DNA from: a virus
Taxonomy: Duplodnaviria > Caudoviricetes
Strand: one strand, 5' to 3'
IMG/VR virus record: IMGVR_UViG_2639763196_000002
Span: 1,128 to 65,127 of that record
Length of the DNA stretch: 64,000 nucleotides
Positions 27,607 through 36,756 of this stretch are shown one piece after another. Every line of letters starts with the position of its first letter. Within the stretch, counting starts at the first letter, position 1. Made by a program: the position numbers and the translations under genes. The notes below the pieces were generated by a model that was not told the origin of the DNA, made no database searches, and saw only the letters and a program-made list of their open reading frames with translations.

Positions 27607-28401
27607 TCAGAACAGTCCTCCTAATGCTGCTTGCTCCCAGTTCATGATCACCAGTTCACCGCTAATCTCACTCTTTCCTTGCCGCTGGTTGGATGTGGTG
27701 TATCGAATGTCCACCATCTCAAAGTGAAACCCCTCAAACACCCGTCGGATATCAGGGTGATCGTTAATACTGACCATCACCTTACCTTTGCAGCGCCGCA
27801 TAAAGTCGGCCATGCGCTCGTAATTATCAAATGGAAAGTCCACGCCATAACCGGCCGTCTGCCAATAAGGTGGATCCATGTAGTGGAACGTATGAGCACG
27901 GTCGTAGCGCTCAGCACATTCAAGCCAGCCCAGGTTTTCAACATAAGTGCCGGACAAACGCTGCCACGCTGCAGACAGATTCTCCTCGATCCGCAGCAGG
28001 TTGATGGCCGGGCCGGTCGTTGCAGTGCCGAACGTCGGCCCCGTCACTTTGCCGGCGAAGGCATGGTGCTGCAGGTAAAAGAATCGGGCGGCGCGTTGGA
28101 TGTCAGTGAGGGTTTCCGGACGGGTCATCTTCTGCCACTCGAACACCTGGCGAGAACTGAGCGCCCATTTGAACTGGCGCACGAATTCCTCCAGGTGGTT
28201 CTGCACGACACGGTACAGCGTCACCAAGTCTCCGTTGATGTCGTTGAGGACTTCAACCGGCGCGGCCTGTGGACGCATGAAGTAAAGCGCGGCGCCGCCG
28301 GCAAAGACTTCAACGTAGCATTCGTGAGGGGGGAAAAGCGGGATAAGGCGGTCGGCCAGGCGGCGCTTGCCGCCCATCCAAGGGATGATGGGTGTGGACA
28401 T
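27607..28401 (-). CDS. DNA adenine methyltransferase (D12/Dam-like)
   Basis: WMGGKRRL, EVFAGGAA, NDING, DPPY. Confidence 0.92.
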   Translation of the reverse strand: MSTPIIPWMGGKRRLADRLIPLFPPHECYVEVFAGGAALYFMRPQAAPVEVLNDINGDLVTLYRVVQNHLEEFVRQFKWALSSRQVFEWQKMTRPETLTDIQRAARFFYLQHHAFAGKVTGPTFGTATTGPAINLLRIEENLSAAWQRLSGTYVENLGWLECAERYDRAHTFHYMDPPYWQTAGYGVDFPFDNYERMADFMRRCKGKVMVSINDHPDIRRVFEGFHFEMVDIRYTTSNQRQGKSEISGELVIMNWEQAALGGLF

Positions 28402-28419
28402 GTAAAAGCAAGATCTTTG

Positions 28420-28435
28420 CTGTATGAATAAACAG
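28420..28435. promoter_or_regulatory. LexA box upstream of the adenine methylase
   Basis: CTGTATGAATAAACAG, 18 bp from the ATG. Confidence 0.88.
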
Positions 28436-28506
28436 TGCTAGGCTCGCTCCGCTTTGTGCACGAAGCAGGAGCCTTGGCTGGACTTGCAGGGATAAGCTGC
28501 ATGGAC

Positions 28507-28552
28507 AGCGGTCCGTTTGGATGTTGACGCATCCAAACGGACCGCTCTTTTT
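28507..28552 (+). terminator. Perfect 17-bp hairpin plus T tract
   Basis: AGCGGTCCGTTTGGATG-ttgacg-CATCCAAACGGACCGCT-cTTTTT. Confidence 0.75.
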
Positions 28553-28651
28553 CTCAAAAAAATATTCAGTAACAGTTCTACCTATAGAACCCTCCCAATA
28601 AATTGCTAATTCCTTGCGGGCAGCTAGCATCAAAACGCCATCAAACTAGGA

Positions 28652-28996
28652 ATGAAGAAAATGTCCAACGGTATTTTTTCGGTTACTTTTAGATCTAATC
28701 GCCCAGACCACGGAGACGGCCTTGTTGTAATTAAAGACGGCACTGTTAATGGCGGAGACCCAAACTATCTTTATCAAGGGGAAGTACCCACAAGCTCGGG
28801 AGCTTTTACTGGACAGTTCAAAGTCAGCATGTGGCGTGCAGGCAATACAAATGTCGCAGGCATTGACAACTACATATTAAATACCAAAGGCAATATCGAT
28901 TATGAAGATGGTACTGTCTCGCTATCCGGCACAGTAGAGGGCGCACCTAACATCCAAATAACCCTTCAGGGAAAAAGGGTCGCGCCTGCTGTTTAG
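28652..28996 (+). CDS. GrlR-family beta-rich small protein (moron)
   Basis: NGIFSVTFRSN...GDGLVVIKDGTVNGGD...YLYQG resembles the GrlR family; low GC; opposite to the late operon. Confidence 0.65.
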   Translation: MKKMSNGIFSVTFRSNRPDHGDGLVVIKDGTVNGGDPNYLYQGEVPTSSGAFTGQFKVSMWRAGNTNVAGIDNYILNTKGNIDYEDGTVSLSGTVEGAPNIQITLQGKRVAPAV

Positions 28997-29039
28997 TTAT
29001 GTGCTCAGGTTAGATAACTTATAAGTCATCTAACCTGCT

Positions 29040-29579
29040 CTAATTATTAGAAACTTCTTTTGCGTAAGCCTGACAGGCCCGCAGGGCGATCAATCCTTGG
29101 TCGCCGGCATCGGTGATGCCGATAATTCGTTGAGCATGCGCTGGGTCAAGTTGGGCTCTTGTGGTGCCATGAACCATGCGGCCGGTGGCGGTGGTGGTTG
29201 GCATTGCACAACTGCCGGTGGTTTCGGTGGCGGCGAGTACGACTGACAACCGCAGCTCAGCAGTAGCCAGGCGATCACGCAGGCGAGCCTGCTTGGTTTG
29301 CTCATCGGTCAATTCCTTGTGGTGAGTTTGGTCTTTGTTCTGCAGGCTTCGCTCCAGGGCCAGGCGTTTGTTCTGCTCGGTGCGCTGCTGAGTAGCAGAC
29401 GCTCGGGATATATCGTTGAGGGTGTCCGCCCGCAGCCGGGCCTGGCGCTCCAACACACGGCCATAACGCCAGTCCTGCGCAGTCCAGGCCAACGCCGCGG
29501 ATCCGGCGGCGACCATCAGCAACAAGCCGGCGACGACAGCGATACGAAACTGCGCGGGGATCAGGTCGAAGAGACGCAT
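29040..29579 (-). CDS. i-spanin (Rz-like)
   Basis: N-terminal TM, coiled coil, ALRACQAY; follows endolysin. Confidence 0.85.
   Translation of the reverse strand: MRLFDLIPAQFRIAVVAGLLLMVAAGSAALAWTAQDWRYGRVLERQARLRADTLNDISRASATQQRTEQNKRLALERSLQNKDQTHHKELTDEQTKQARLRDRLATAELRLSVVLAATETTGSCAMPTTTATGRMVHGTTRAQLDPAHAQRIIGITDAGDQGLIALRACQAYAKEVSNN
29090..29305 (-). CDS. o-spanin (Rz1-like lipoprotein) embedded in Rz
   Basis: Signal peptide with lipobox LLSCGC, then a Pro-rich stretch; nested in another frame of Rz. Confidence 0.8.
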   Translation of the reverse strand: MSKPSRLACVIAWLLLSCGCQSYSPPPKPPAVVQCQPPPPPAAWFMAPQEPNLTQRMLNELSASPMPATKD

Positions 29580-30124
29580 AACACCGCCCTCGCCCTACCC
29601 CACAACTGCAGCCGATCCTCCAGGCCGTTGAGGCCGCCATTGATCCGGCGGGTGATGGTGTTGAACTGGTCTTGATCCGCGAGCGCATTCAGCCCATTCA
29701 CCGACCAGAACCACGCCGCCGACTCTGCGGCCCATTGCGGCTGCTCGAGCAGCTCCGGTGTGCGCAACAATCGTTCATCGCCAAACAGCGCCAGGCTGCA
29801 GCGCAGGTAGTTGTCGTGACCGGTGACCTGGATCAAGCCACGACCACGGTAGCGCTGGCCATCCCCGTCGGCTTCGGGGGTGTTACCGAGCTTGGCCGCC
29901 AGGGCGCCGGTGTCGTATTTGCTGAGGTACTGATCGCTGCCCAGCTCGCGTACGTATTGCAACTGGCCGGACTCGTGGCCGACCTGGGCGAGGAATGCGG
30001 CCTGGCGCTTGGGTGTATTGATCTTCCTGTTGATCATCGCTGCATTTAGAGCAGATACAAAAACGCCCGCTTGGCGGCGGGCGTTAGGCATGATGCGTTG
30101 AAGTTGTTGCTCGGTGATTGGCAT
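29561..30124 (-). CDS. Endolysin, glycoside hydrolase family 19
   Basis: AFLAQVGHESG, YRGRGLIQVTG..NY, INGGLNGLEDR. Confidence 0.92.
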   Translation of the reverse strand: MPITEQQLQRIMPNARRQAGVFVSALNAAMINRKINTPKRQAAFLAQVGHESGQLQYVRELGSDQYLSKYDTGALAAKLGNTPEADGDGQRYRGRGLIQVTGHDNYLRCSLALFGDERLLRTPELLEQPQWAAESAAWFWSVNGLNALADQDQFNTITRRINGGLNGLEDRLQLWGRARAVLCVSST

Positions 30125-30171
30125 GGCGTCTCCTGAGTTCATCGTTACGGGTCCTTCGATGCGTTAAGCGG

Positions 30172-31212
30172 TCACGGCACTGTCAGCACAGTGAGCGGCT
30201 TTTTCTGTTTCTTACCTTTGGCCTTAGCCTTGCCTTTCTTGCCGGCGTTGCACTCAACCGTGGTGGACCAGCCGGCCTGGGTGAACACCTGCTCCACCGA
30301 GTCCACCAGAAAATCCCCATCCAACCCGTCCTTGAAGCCCTGCGCGTTGATATGGCGCTCGGCAAACAAGTCGGTGCGCCCCACCATCTCCAGCCGAACT
30401 GCTGCAGAGGAACGGTTGAACGCATTCAGCCGTGCCTTGGCAGCCTGTTCCGCTGCAGACTTGTTGGGATGGATATGTCGGTCGGTATGTACCGGCGGCA
30501 TGCCTTCCGGGGCGTCATCGTTGCCCAGCTCCAGGGTTACCAACTCGCCGTTCTTTTTGTCTTGGTAGCGTGTCTTGACCGCCTTTTGCGTGGTGCGATC
30601 AGCAAAACGAAACTGCCAGCGGCTGACATCGCTTTTCTTGATGGTGACCACGCCGAGAGTCTTGCCGCTCGCGCTCTGGCCCGCTTGACGCTGCATCACC
30701 AACAGCTTGCCGTCGGCGACCTTGGCGGTGCAGTCGTATTGTTTGGACAGGCGAGTGATGAAGTTGAAGTCGGATTCGCCGATCTGGTCGACCCGAGGCA
30801 CCACAGTGGTGATGGAACATACTGGTTGCCAGCCGTTGCGAGCGGCCACGTCGGTGACGATCTGCGCAAGGGTGACGTTTTCCCAGCTACCGGTGCGGGT
30901 GGTTTTGCCGGATCCGCGCATGTCGCTGGCTTTACCGCGAATCACGATGGTGTCCGGCGGGCCGGACGCTTCGACCTCATCCACGATGTAGCGGCCCAGG
31001 CGCGTCAGGCTGTTGCCGGCGTAGCCCAGGTAGATCTCAATGCCGGCACCGCGCTTGGGCAGTGACACCGCACCATCGCGGTCATCGATACGCAGCTCGA
31101 AGTCATCCGACTCCATGCCGGGTTTATCAACGGTGCGCAGGGACAGCAGGCGGTCGTTGATCAGGGCCGTGATATCAGTCCCGTCCGCGACAATTCTAAA
31201 AGTTGGTTTCAT
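30172..31212 (-). CDS. Late control D (GpD) baseplate hub
   Basis: Start MKPTFRI at 31212; DQIGESDFNFITRL motif. Confidence 0.9.
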   Translation of the reverse strand: MKPTFRIVADGTDITALINDRLLSLRTVDKPGMESDDFELRIDDRDGAVSLPKRGAGIEIYLGYAGNSLTRLGRYIVDEVEASGPPDTIVIRGKASDMRGSGKTTRTGSWENVTLAQIVTDVAARNGWQPVCSITTVVPRVDQIGESDFNFITRLSKQYDCTAKVADGKLLVMQRQAGQSASGKTLGVVTIKKSDVSRWQFRFADRTTQKAVKTRYQDKKNGELVTLELGNDDAPEGMPPVHTDRHIHPNKSAAEQAAKARLNAFNRSSAAVRLEMVGRTDLFAERHINAQGFKDGLDGDFLVDSVEQVFTQAGWSTTVECNAGKKGKAKAKGKKQKKPLTVLTVP

Positions 31213-31225
31213 TTCGATACCCCAG

Positions 31226-31257
31226 AAACGACAAAGCCCCGCAATGCGGGGCTTCGT
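31226..31257 (-). terminator. Moron terminator
   Basis: Minus strand ACGAAGCCCCGCAtTGCGGGGCTTTGTCGTTT. Confidence 0.75.
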
Positions 31258-31270
31258 CATGAATGGGTGC

Positions 31271-31594
31271 TCAGTTGATGTCGAGCACCACCAGGCTGTC
31301 CTCTCGAACAGCAATACAGCTTTGACACACAGGGCAGGCGAAGACGTCGGTCTTCGGCTCAATGACCATCGACTTGGTACACGCCGGGCAACTGCCGACT
31401 ACCTGGGTTTCACGGAAACCGAAGGTTTTCCACAGCGTGGCGAGGATCACGCCTACGGCCAAAAACCAACCGACGATGGGAATGAAGGCCAGGAGGATCG
31501 CCCCCACAATGCCGAAGAAAATCCAATTCATCCGATAGCCCAATTCAGCCAAGATGCCCCGTTTTACCGTCCTTAACACTGTTGATTTTTCCAT
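31271..31594 (-). CDS. Moron: two-TM protein with C-terminal Zn ribbon
   Basis: Two hydrophobic segments, then CPAC-X14-CPVC; has its own promoter and terminator. Confidence 0.75.
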   Translation of the reverse strand: MEKSTVLRTVKRGILAELGYRMNWIFFGIVGAILLAFIPIVGWFLAVGVILATLWKTFGFRETQVVGSCPACTKSMVIEPKTDVFACPVCQSCIAVREDSLVVLDIN

Positions 31595-31625
31595 GAGGCG
31601 TCCCGCGCTCGATCCAAAAGGGGCG

Positions 31626-31654
31626 AGTCTATCGGCGACAGCCCTATGGGGCAA
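31626..31654 (-). promoter_or_regulatory. Moron sigma70 promoter
   Basis: TTGCCC-17 bp-TAGACT. Confidence 0.6.
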
Positions 31655-31661
31655 TCGGCCA

Positions 31662-31868
31662 TCAGTCCCACAGCTGCACGGTTTCGTCCGTGACCGGAGG
31701 AAGGTCTGGGAAGACAATCAGCAACCCGGCTTTGAGCGGTTGCGGCTGGTCGGCCAGTCCTTGGTTGTGGGCCAACACCGCCTCCACGGTGCCGTTGAGG
31801 TGTCCGTAAAGCTGGTTACACAGGTTATCCAGCACGTCGCCGTCAGACGTTCTGCAGGTCATCGCCAT
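31662..31868 (-). CDS. Tail protein X
   Basis: RTSDGDVLDNLC..LYG...VEAVLAHNQGLA. Confidence 0.9.
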   Translation of the reverse strand: MAMTCRTSDGDVLDNLCNQLYGHLNGTVEAVLAHNQGLADQPQPLKAGLLIVFPDLPPVTDETVQLWD

Positions 31869-32688
31869 ATCGTACAAACTCCAGGGTAAATACTTGCTTG
31901 CGCGGGATCCCGCCCTGCAGCAGCGCGCTCTGTTCTTCGTCGAGGTTCTTCAGGCACCAGGTGCCCAGCACTTCCCCGTAACCGGTGGTGAGGGTCAGTG
32001 GCAGCAACTGGGCCCCGATGCTGCGCAGGGTATCCAGTTGCTTGAGCCCTCCTTTGAAGCCCGGAAAGATCGAGCCTTTTAGGGTCATTTTTTCCTCGCC
32101 TATTCCGATGGCCTGTTGCGCCGGTCGACGGCTGAGGCGTTCTTGCGCAGCCCAGCGAAACTCCGTCTGCCGGCGTAACTCGTCGAAGGCCGCCGTATCC
32201 AGGTTGAAGTAGTAGGGTTGGGTGTTTGGCTTGAGCGGCTGGATGATCAGCAGGTGAGGAAACGGCTTCACGGCCTCAGCGAGAGGAGTCTGAGACAGCC
32301 CCAGGGCTTCGGTCGGTAGAACGTTTGCCAGCGATGGGCTGACCTTCCCGGCCACCTTGTTAATAGCCGCGCCGGCCTTGGCGGCTTGTTCTTTGAGGAC
32401 ACCCAGGCGCTCGTCTATTTGAGAGGCCGCCCGCGAAGCTCGGCTGTATGTCTCAACCACTGCGCCGACCTTGGCCTGTGCTGCACCAATCCCCCGCATG
32501 ACACGTTGGAGTTTTTCACCTGCACCTGGCGGTAGGAACGGCACATTTTCAAGCTCAGCAGCCGCACCCGTGATCTCGCTGATCGCGCCGTTTACAGGTC
32601 CCATAATCCCATCAATGCTCCGCCGGCCCGCCTCGCCCGCGCTGACCAGGTATTTGAAGCCGGACTGCATCTGCTCCAGATATTCCAT
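31843..32688 (-). CDS. GpU-like tail protein with N-terminal extension
   Basis: C-terminal GpU motifs (WAAQERL, LTTGYGEVLGTWCL). Confidence 0.85.
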   Translation of the reverse strand: MEYLEQMQSGFKYLVSAGEAGRRSIDGIMGPVNGAISEITGAAAELENVPFLPPGAGEKLQRVMRGIGAAQAKVGAVVETYSRASRAASQIDERLGVLKEQAAKAGAAINKVAGKVSPSLANVLPTEALGLSQTPLAEAVKPFPHLLIIQPLKPNTQPYYFNLDTAAFDELRRQTEFRWAAQERLSRRPAQQAIGIGEEKMTLKGSIFPGFKGGLKQLDTLRSIGAQLLPLTLTTGYGEVLGTWCLKNLDEEQSALLQGGIPRKQVFTLEFVRYGDDLQNV

Positions 32689-32697
32689 GATCCCTCC

Positions 32698-35600
32698 TTA
32701 TGTATGGGCGTCGTCGTAGAGATTACGTCGGGCTTCCTGCTGTGCGGCGTCATTCAGTGCGCGCTGCATCAGGGGTAGAAGCTGCTGAACAAATTGCTGC
32801 GGATCCTTGGCATCACCCTCGACCGTGACCGGCATGTTCAGCGAATAGCTGAACTTTTGGTCCACCCGTGCAGGCTCTGGCTTAGGTGCCGCAGGCGCCT
32901 GAATAACCAGATTGGCGGGTTTTGGAGCAACAGGCGCCGCCAGTGAGCGAGTGACGTCGCCCAACGCAGGCCCCATTGGCATCATCGTTGCTGTTGGTTT
33001 CGGCGTTGCTGTTGCAACCAACGCCTGCTGCCGCACCGGAGGCGCGGCGAGGCTATTTACCGGCACCGGTACCGCCTGAATCAGTGGTTTTATGACCGGT
33101 GACAAGGGAGCGACAGCCGTTCCGATATCCTGCACTGCAGGTGCTGGTTGAGTCGCCACAACAACAGGTTGCCGAGCAGCGAAATTATTCGCCATCGTTG
33201 CCAGGCTGGGTACCGCTGGCCCAGGTCGAGGCGCCATCAACATCGGTGTAATCGGTGCGGCGGTCGCTTTGGGTTTGTCGTTGCCAAACATCGACAACCC
33301 TGCCCAGCCCCCCAGTTGCTGACCTCCCATGCTCCCAAGGTAAGCCCCCACCATGCCGCCGATGGCTGTGCCAATGATGGGTACCACTGAACCAATGGCA
33401 GCGCCCGCAGCCGCACCCGCCATGGTACCGGCAAGTGTTCCGGCGGCCTCACCATAGCCCTCCGCTTTTTCGTCCTGCGTTTCAGCAGTCAGGTAGGTGT
33501 TGAGCACCATGCTGCCGGCCTCGACCAAGGAGGCGCCCGGAACTACTTTGGCCGCTTTACCAACCTTACCGACACCCCCGGCGACCGAGGTCAGCATCTT
33601 CGTTCCAGGCCCTGGCAAAACAGGAGGACGAGGCGCTGGAACCGGTGGCCGTGAAGCCGGCGCAGGCACGGGAGGTGTCGCTGGTCGAATAGCCGGAGTA
33701 CGTGGCTGAACCGGCGGACGCTGTGCAAGCGCAGGTGCGCGTGCCGCACCAACCGGACGCGGTGACCGTGGCGGAACCGTTGGACGGCGCCTCGAAGCCC
33801 GAGTAACAGACGGCTTTCGGTTTCGGCGCCTTGCCGACCGTGAATTACCCATGCCGCCCATGGACGCCATATTCACGACAAACACACGTTGAATACCGCC
33901 CACTGTCTCTGCAGCATCCGCTCCACCGCCCACCGCATCCTGAATCATCGAGACGACATCTAAGCCCGTAGCGACAGGATCCAAACCACCGGCCTTCGGA
34001 CCAGCATCAGGCCCGGCACTACCCTTACCTCGTAAGGCGGCGGCAGCTTTCAGCCCTTTCTCCACCACCGACAACGCCGCACCGCCTTTGCCCTTGACTG
34101 CACCGCCGCCTGCATTCGAATTGGTGACAAACACCTTTTGCACGCCAACTGCTTTTCCGCCCAAACCGCCACGCGCCAAATTAATCAGGCCCTTGCCGAT
34201 CTTGAATGTCTGAAACGCTGCCACTGCTGCGCCAATCGCACCAATAGCTACCGTCGTACCGCTGACAATTTTCGGGAACTCATTGGCAAGGCCCGCGATG
34301 CTATTGCCAACTTTGGTCAAGCCATCGGCCGCCAGGTCGGTGAGCGGTCGTAACGCATCACCGAGGCTGGTCATCGTCGCTTCCATGCTCGATGTCGCCG
34401 CGCTCCACTTGGCATTGGATGTCTCACGAGCTTTCGCCGCGTCGGACTCGATCTTGGCCTTACCATCGGTTTTCTTGATGGTGGTCATGTTGTCTTTGAT
34501 CGTGTTGCCGTACTTGATCTGAGCGAGCAAACCATCACTGGCGCTCTGGTCACTGACGATATTCGCCAAACCCGCCGCCTGGATCAGCGCGACCATGGCC
34601 TGCTCTTCTTCGGCGCTACCATCCTTGGACGCCTTGATCTTGGCCTTGAGCGCCGCGACCTTCTTGGCCGTGGCCGGATCCTGTTTTTGGATCAACTGCT
34701 CACTGAGCATGATGAAAGCTTCAACCGGGTTGGACGCCTTTCCGCTTTTGGTAGCGGCCAGGATCGAACTCGTCAGGTCAAAGCCTTGTTTTGCGAACCG
34801 CTCCTGGCTGGTGCTGCTGATCACCGCGTTGAGCAAGTTGTTCATGTTGGTCGCAGCCGCCGCTGCATCCTGGGTTTGCGAGAACTGCGACTGCAGGCTC
34901 GCCCCGAGGAAACGCACGGCCTCGGGGCCTTCCATACCCAACCGTTTAATCGTGCCGAGCAGTGCCGGCATGTACTTGGCCATGTCCTTTGGGCCGAATG
35001 CGCCAATGTCACCCGCAGCTGCCACCTGGCCCAGCATGGCGCCCATGTCCTCCTTCTTGACCCCCGCCTCCTTGAAGGCACTGAACAAGGTGGCGATGGT
35101 TCCGGCCTCCATGCCCTGGCCGTCGACCAGGTCAGCAATCAGCGGCGCATAGTCCACCGACTCCTCCCAGTCGATGCCCTTCTCGATCAAGCCTCCGACC
35201 GCTCGAGCGAGAGCCTGCTGCCCCATCCCCTTCTTCGCGGCCACTTCACTGATCTTGTCGGCCATTTTCTGTTCGGCGTCTGTGCCGGCAGTGTGTGCCC
35301 ACAGCGCCATCTGGCGGATTTGCGTCTGGTAGTTGGCCGACACCTTGGTGGGAATGGCGATCAGTGCGGTAGCTGCCGCCGCCTTGCCCAACGTGCCGGT
35401 AAGCCCCTCTTTGCCATCTTTGATCTGAGAGTACCCAGTGGCTTTCAGGTCGGCCTTGCGAGCGACCTGCTCCATACTCTGATAAGCCTTGGCGAGGTTA
35501 CGCACCTCAACACCTTGTTTTTTCAGGGTGCTGAGGTTGGACTCCAATTTGCGCAGCAACGTACTGGCACCAGCGGCGCCGCTGTCATTGGCCTTCTTCC

Positions 35601-35769
35601 ATTCCTCCCGCAGTCGGATGGTGTCGCCAATCGTGCGCTGCAGCACCCGAGCCTTGGTGCCTTGAGCTTCCAGCTGCTTGATCCGCCCCTGCACATCCTT
35701 GAAGGCCGTGCCCACTGTGGAGCTGACGGCGCCGCCAATCACCAGGCCGAGCGCGAGTTTGTTTGCCAT
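32698..35769 (-). CDS. Tape measure protein
   Basis: 1023 aa after chaperone; Ala/Gly-rich, with glycine zipper and Pro/Arg-rich segments. Confidence 0.9.
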   Translation of the reverse strand: MANKLALGLVIGGAVSSTVGTAFKDVQGRIKQLEAQGTKARVLQRTIGDTIRLREEWKKANDSGAAGASTLLRKLESNLSTLKKQGVEVRNLAKAYQSMEQVARKADLKATGYSQIKDGKEGLTGTLGKAAAATALIAIPTKVSANYQTQIRQMALWAHTAGTDAEQKMADKISEVAAKKGMGQQALARAVGGLIEKGIDWEESVDYAPLIADLVDGQGMEAGTIATLFSAFKEAGVKKEDMGAMLGQVAAAGDIGAFGPKDMAKYMPALLGTIKRLGMEGPEAVRFLGASLQSQFSQTQDAAAAATNMNNLLNAVISSTSQERFAKQGFDLTSSILAATKSGKASNPVEAFIMLSEQLIQKQDPATAKKVAALKAKIKASKDGSAEEEQAMVALIQAAGLANIVSDQSASDGLLAQIKYGNTIKDNMTTIKKTDGKAKIESDAAKARETSNAKWSAATSSMEATMTSLGDALRPLTDLAADGLTKVGNSIAGLANEFPKIVSGTTVAIGAIGAAVAAFQTFKIGKGLINLARGGLGGKAVGVQKVFVTNSNAGGGAVKGKGGAALSVVEKGLKAAAALRGKGSAGPDAGPKAGGLDPVATGLDVVSMIQDAVGGGADAAETVGGIQRVFVVNMASMGGMGNSRSARRRNRKPSVTRASRRRPTVPPRSPRPVGAARAPALAQRPPVQPRTPAIRPATPPVPAPASRPPVPAPRPPVLPGPGTKMLTSVAGGVGKVGKAAKVVPGASLVEAGSMVLNTYLTAETQDEKAEGYGEAAGTLAGTMAGAAAGAAIGSVVPIIGTAIGGMVGAYLGSMGGQQLGGWAGLSMFGNDKPKATAAPITPMLMAPRPGPAVPSLATMANNFAARQPVVVATQPAPAVQDIGTAVAPLSPVIKPLIQAVPVPVNSLAAPPVRQQALVATATPKPTATMMPMGPALGDVTRSLAAPVAPKPANLVIQAPAAPKPEPARVDQKFSYSLNMPVTVEGDAKDPQQFVQQLLPLMQRALNDAAQQEARRNLYDDAHT

Positions 35770-35807
35770 GTCGTGGCTCCCTGTAGCGAGTGATTACGGT
35801 AGGTGGC

Positions 35808-35927
35808 TCAATCCGAGAGCCACCAGACCATCTCGGCAAACGGCATGACCTGAATCTCGGCGGCGGAAAATCCGGTTTCCGCCGCCAAGCGTTTGGCCGC
35901 CAGTTTCAACAGTGCGGGGTTAAACCC
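35808..35927 (-). CDS. GpE'-like chaperone extension (+1 frame)
   Basis: Hand translation GFNPALLKLAAKRLAAETGFSAAEIQVMPFAEMVWWLSD*. Confidence 0.65.
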   Translation of the reverse strand, partial: GFNPALLKLAAKRLAAETGFSAAEIQVMPFAEMVWWLSD

Positions 35928-36228
35928 CGTCGTCCTGCACCAGGCGAAAATAGCCGGCCTGCAAGCGGTGGTAATCCACCAGTTTCAGGCCCTCCAGGTC
36001 CTGCTGACCGGCTTCGCAAAGGCCGGCGAACAGCATCAGCTCGCGCTGCTCTTCATCGTCGCCCGATGCGCGATCAGCAGCGCGCACTTCGCGCACCGTG
36101 GGTGAGCGAATCGTCAGGGTATCAACGGTCACGCCGTTGACCTCAGAGGGCCGAGACAAGGTGATGGTGGCGTTTTCGGCGGTGAGCTTCAGCCAGGTAG
36201 GGAGTTTTTTCAGTTCAGGGGTAGCCAT
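35920..36228 (-). CDS. Tail assembly chaperone (GpE/gp41-like)
   Basis: TLTIRSPTVRE...LKLVDYHRLQ; between tube and tape measure. Confidence 0.88.
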   Translation of the reverse strand: MATPELKKLPTWLKLTAENATITLSRPSEVNGVTVDTLTIRSPTVREVRAADRASGDDEEQRELMLFAGLCEAGQQDLEGLKLVDYHRLQAGYFRLVQDDGV

Positions 36229-36240
36229 TCGATAAATTCC

Positions 36241-36744
36241 TTAGAGGCCCAAGTCGCTGCGCATGGATGCCAGTTGATCCACACCGTCGATCACGCGGAT
36301 CGAGGCGACCATGTCGATTTCGTAAATGAGTCGGCCGGCGATCTCCAGCTTGTAGTAGCTGACGGCAATCGAGTACTTGAACTCGGCTTTGTCGCCTGCC
36401 TTCCAGTCGCCTGGGTCCAGCTCTTTGAGCATGCCGCGCAAGGTCGCCACCACTGCTGTGGTCTGCCCTTTTTGCCCTTTGAACGAACCGCGATAAACCC
36501 CGTTGAAGGCGGTTTGATCGGACAGTCCAAAAAACTTCATGGCCTCGCGACGTACGCCGTTGGTGGTGAAACTGGCCTCCATCTTTTCCAGGCCCATGTC
36601 CATCTCGATAGGGCCAGCCATGCCGCCACCGCGATACTCATCTGTTTTAACCACCAGCTTCGGCAAACTCAGGCTGGGCACATCGCCCTTGAAGTTGATG
36701 CCGTCGACGAACAGGTTGGTGTTGAAAAGCACTTGAGGAATCAT
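36241..36744 (-). CDS. Major tail tube (FII)
   Basis: LPKLVVKTDEYRGGGM...DMGLEKME. Confidence 0.93.
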   Translation of the reverse strand: MIPQVLFNTNLFVDGINFKGDVPSLSLPKLVVKTDEYRGGGMAGPIEMDMGLEKMEASFTTNGVRREAMKFFGLSDQTAFNGVYRGSFKGQKGQTTAVVATLRGMLKELDPGDWKAGDKAEFKYSIAVSYYKLEIAGRLIYEIDMVASIRVIDGVDQLASMRSDLGL

Positions 36745-36756
36745 TGAGCAGCCTCC

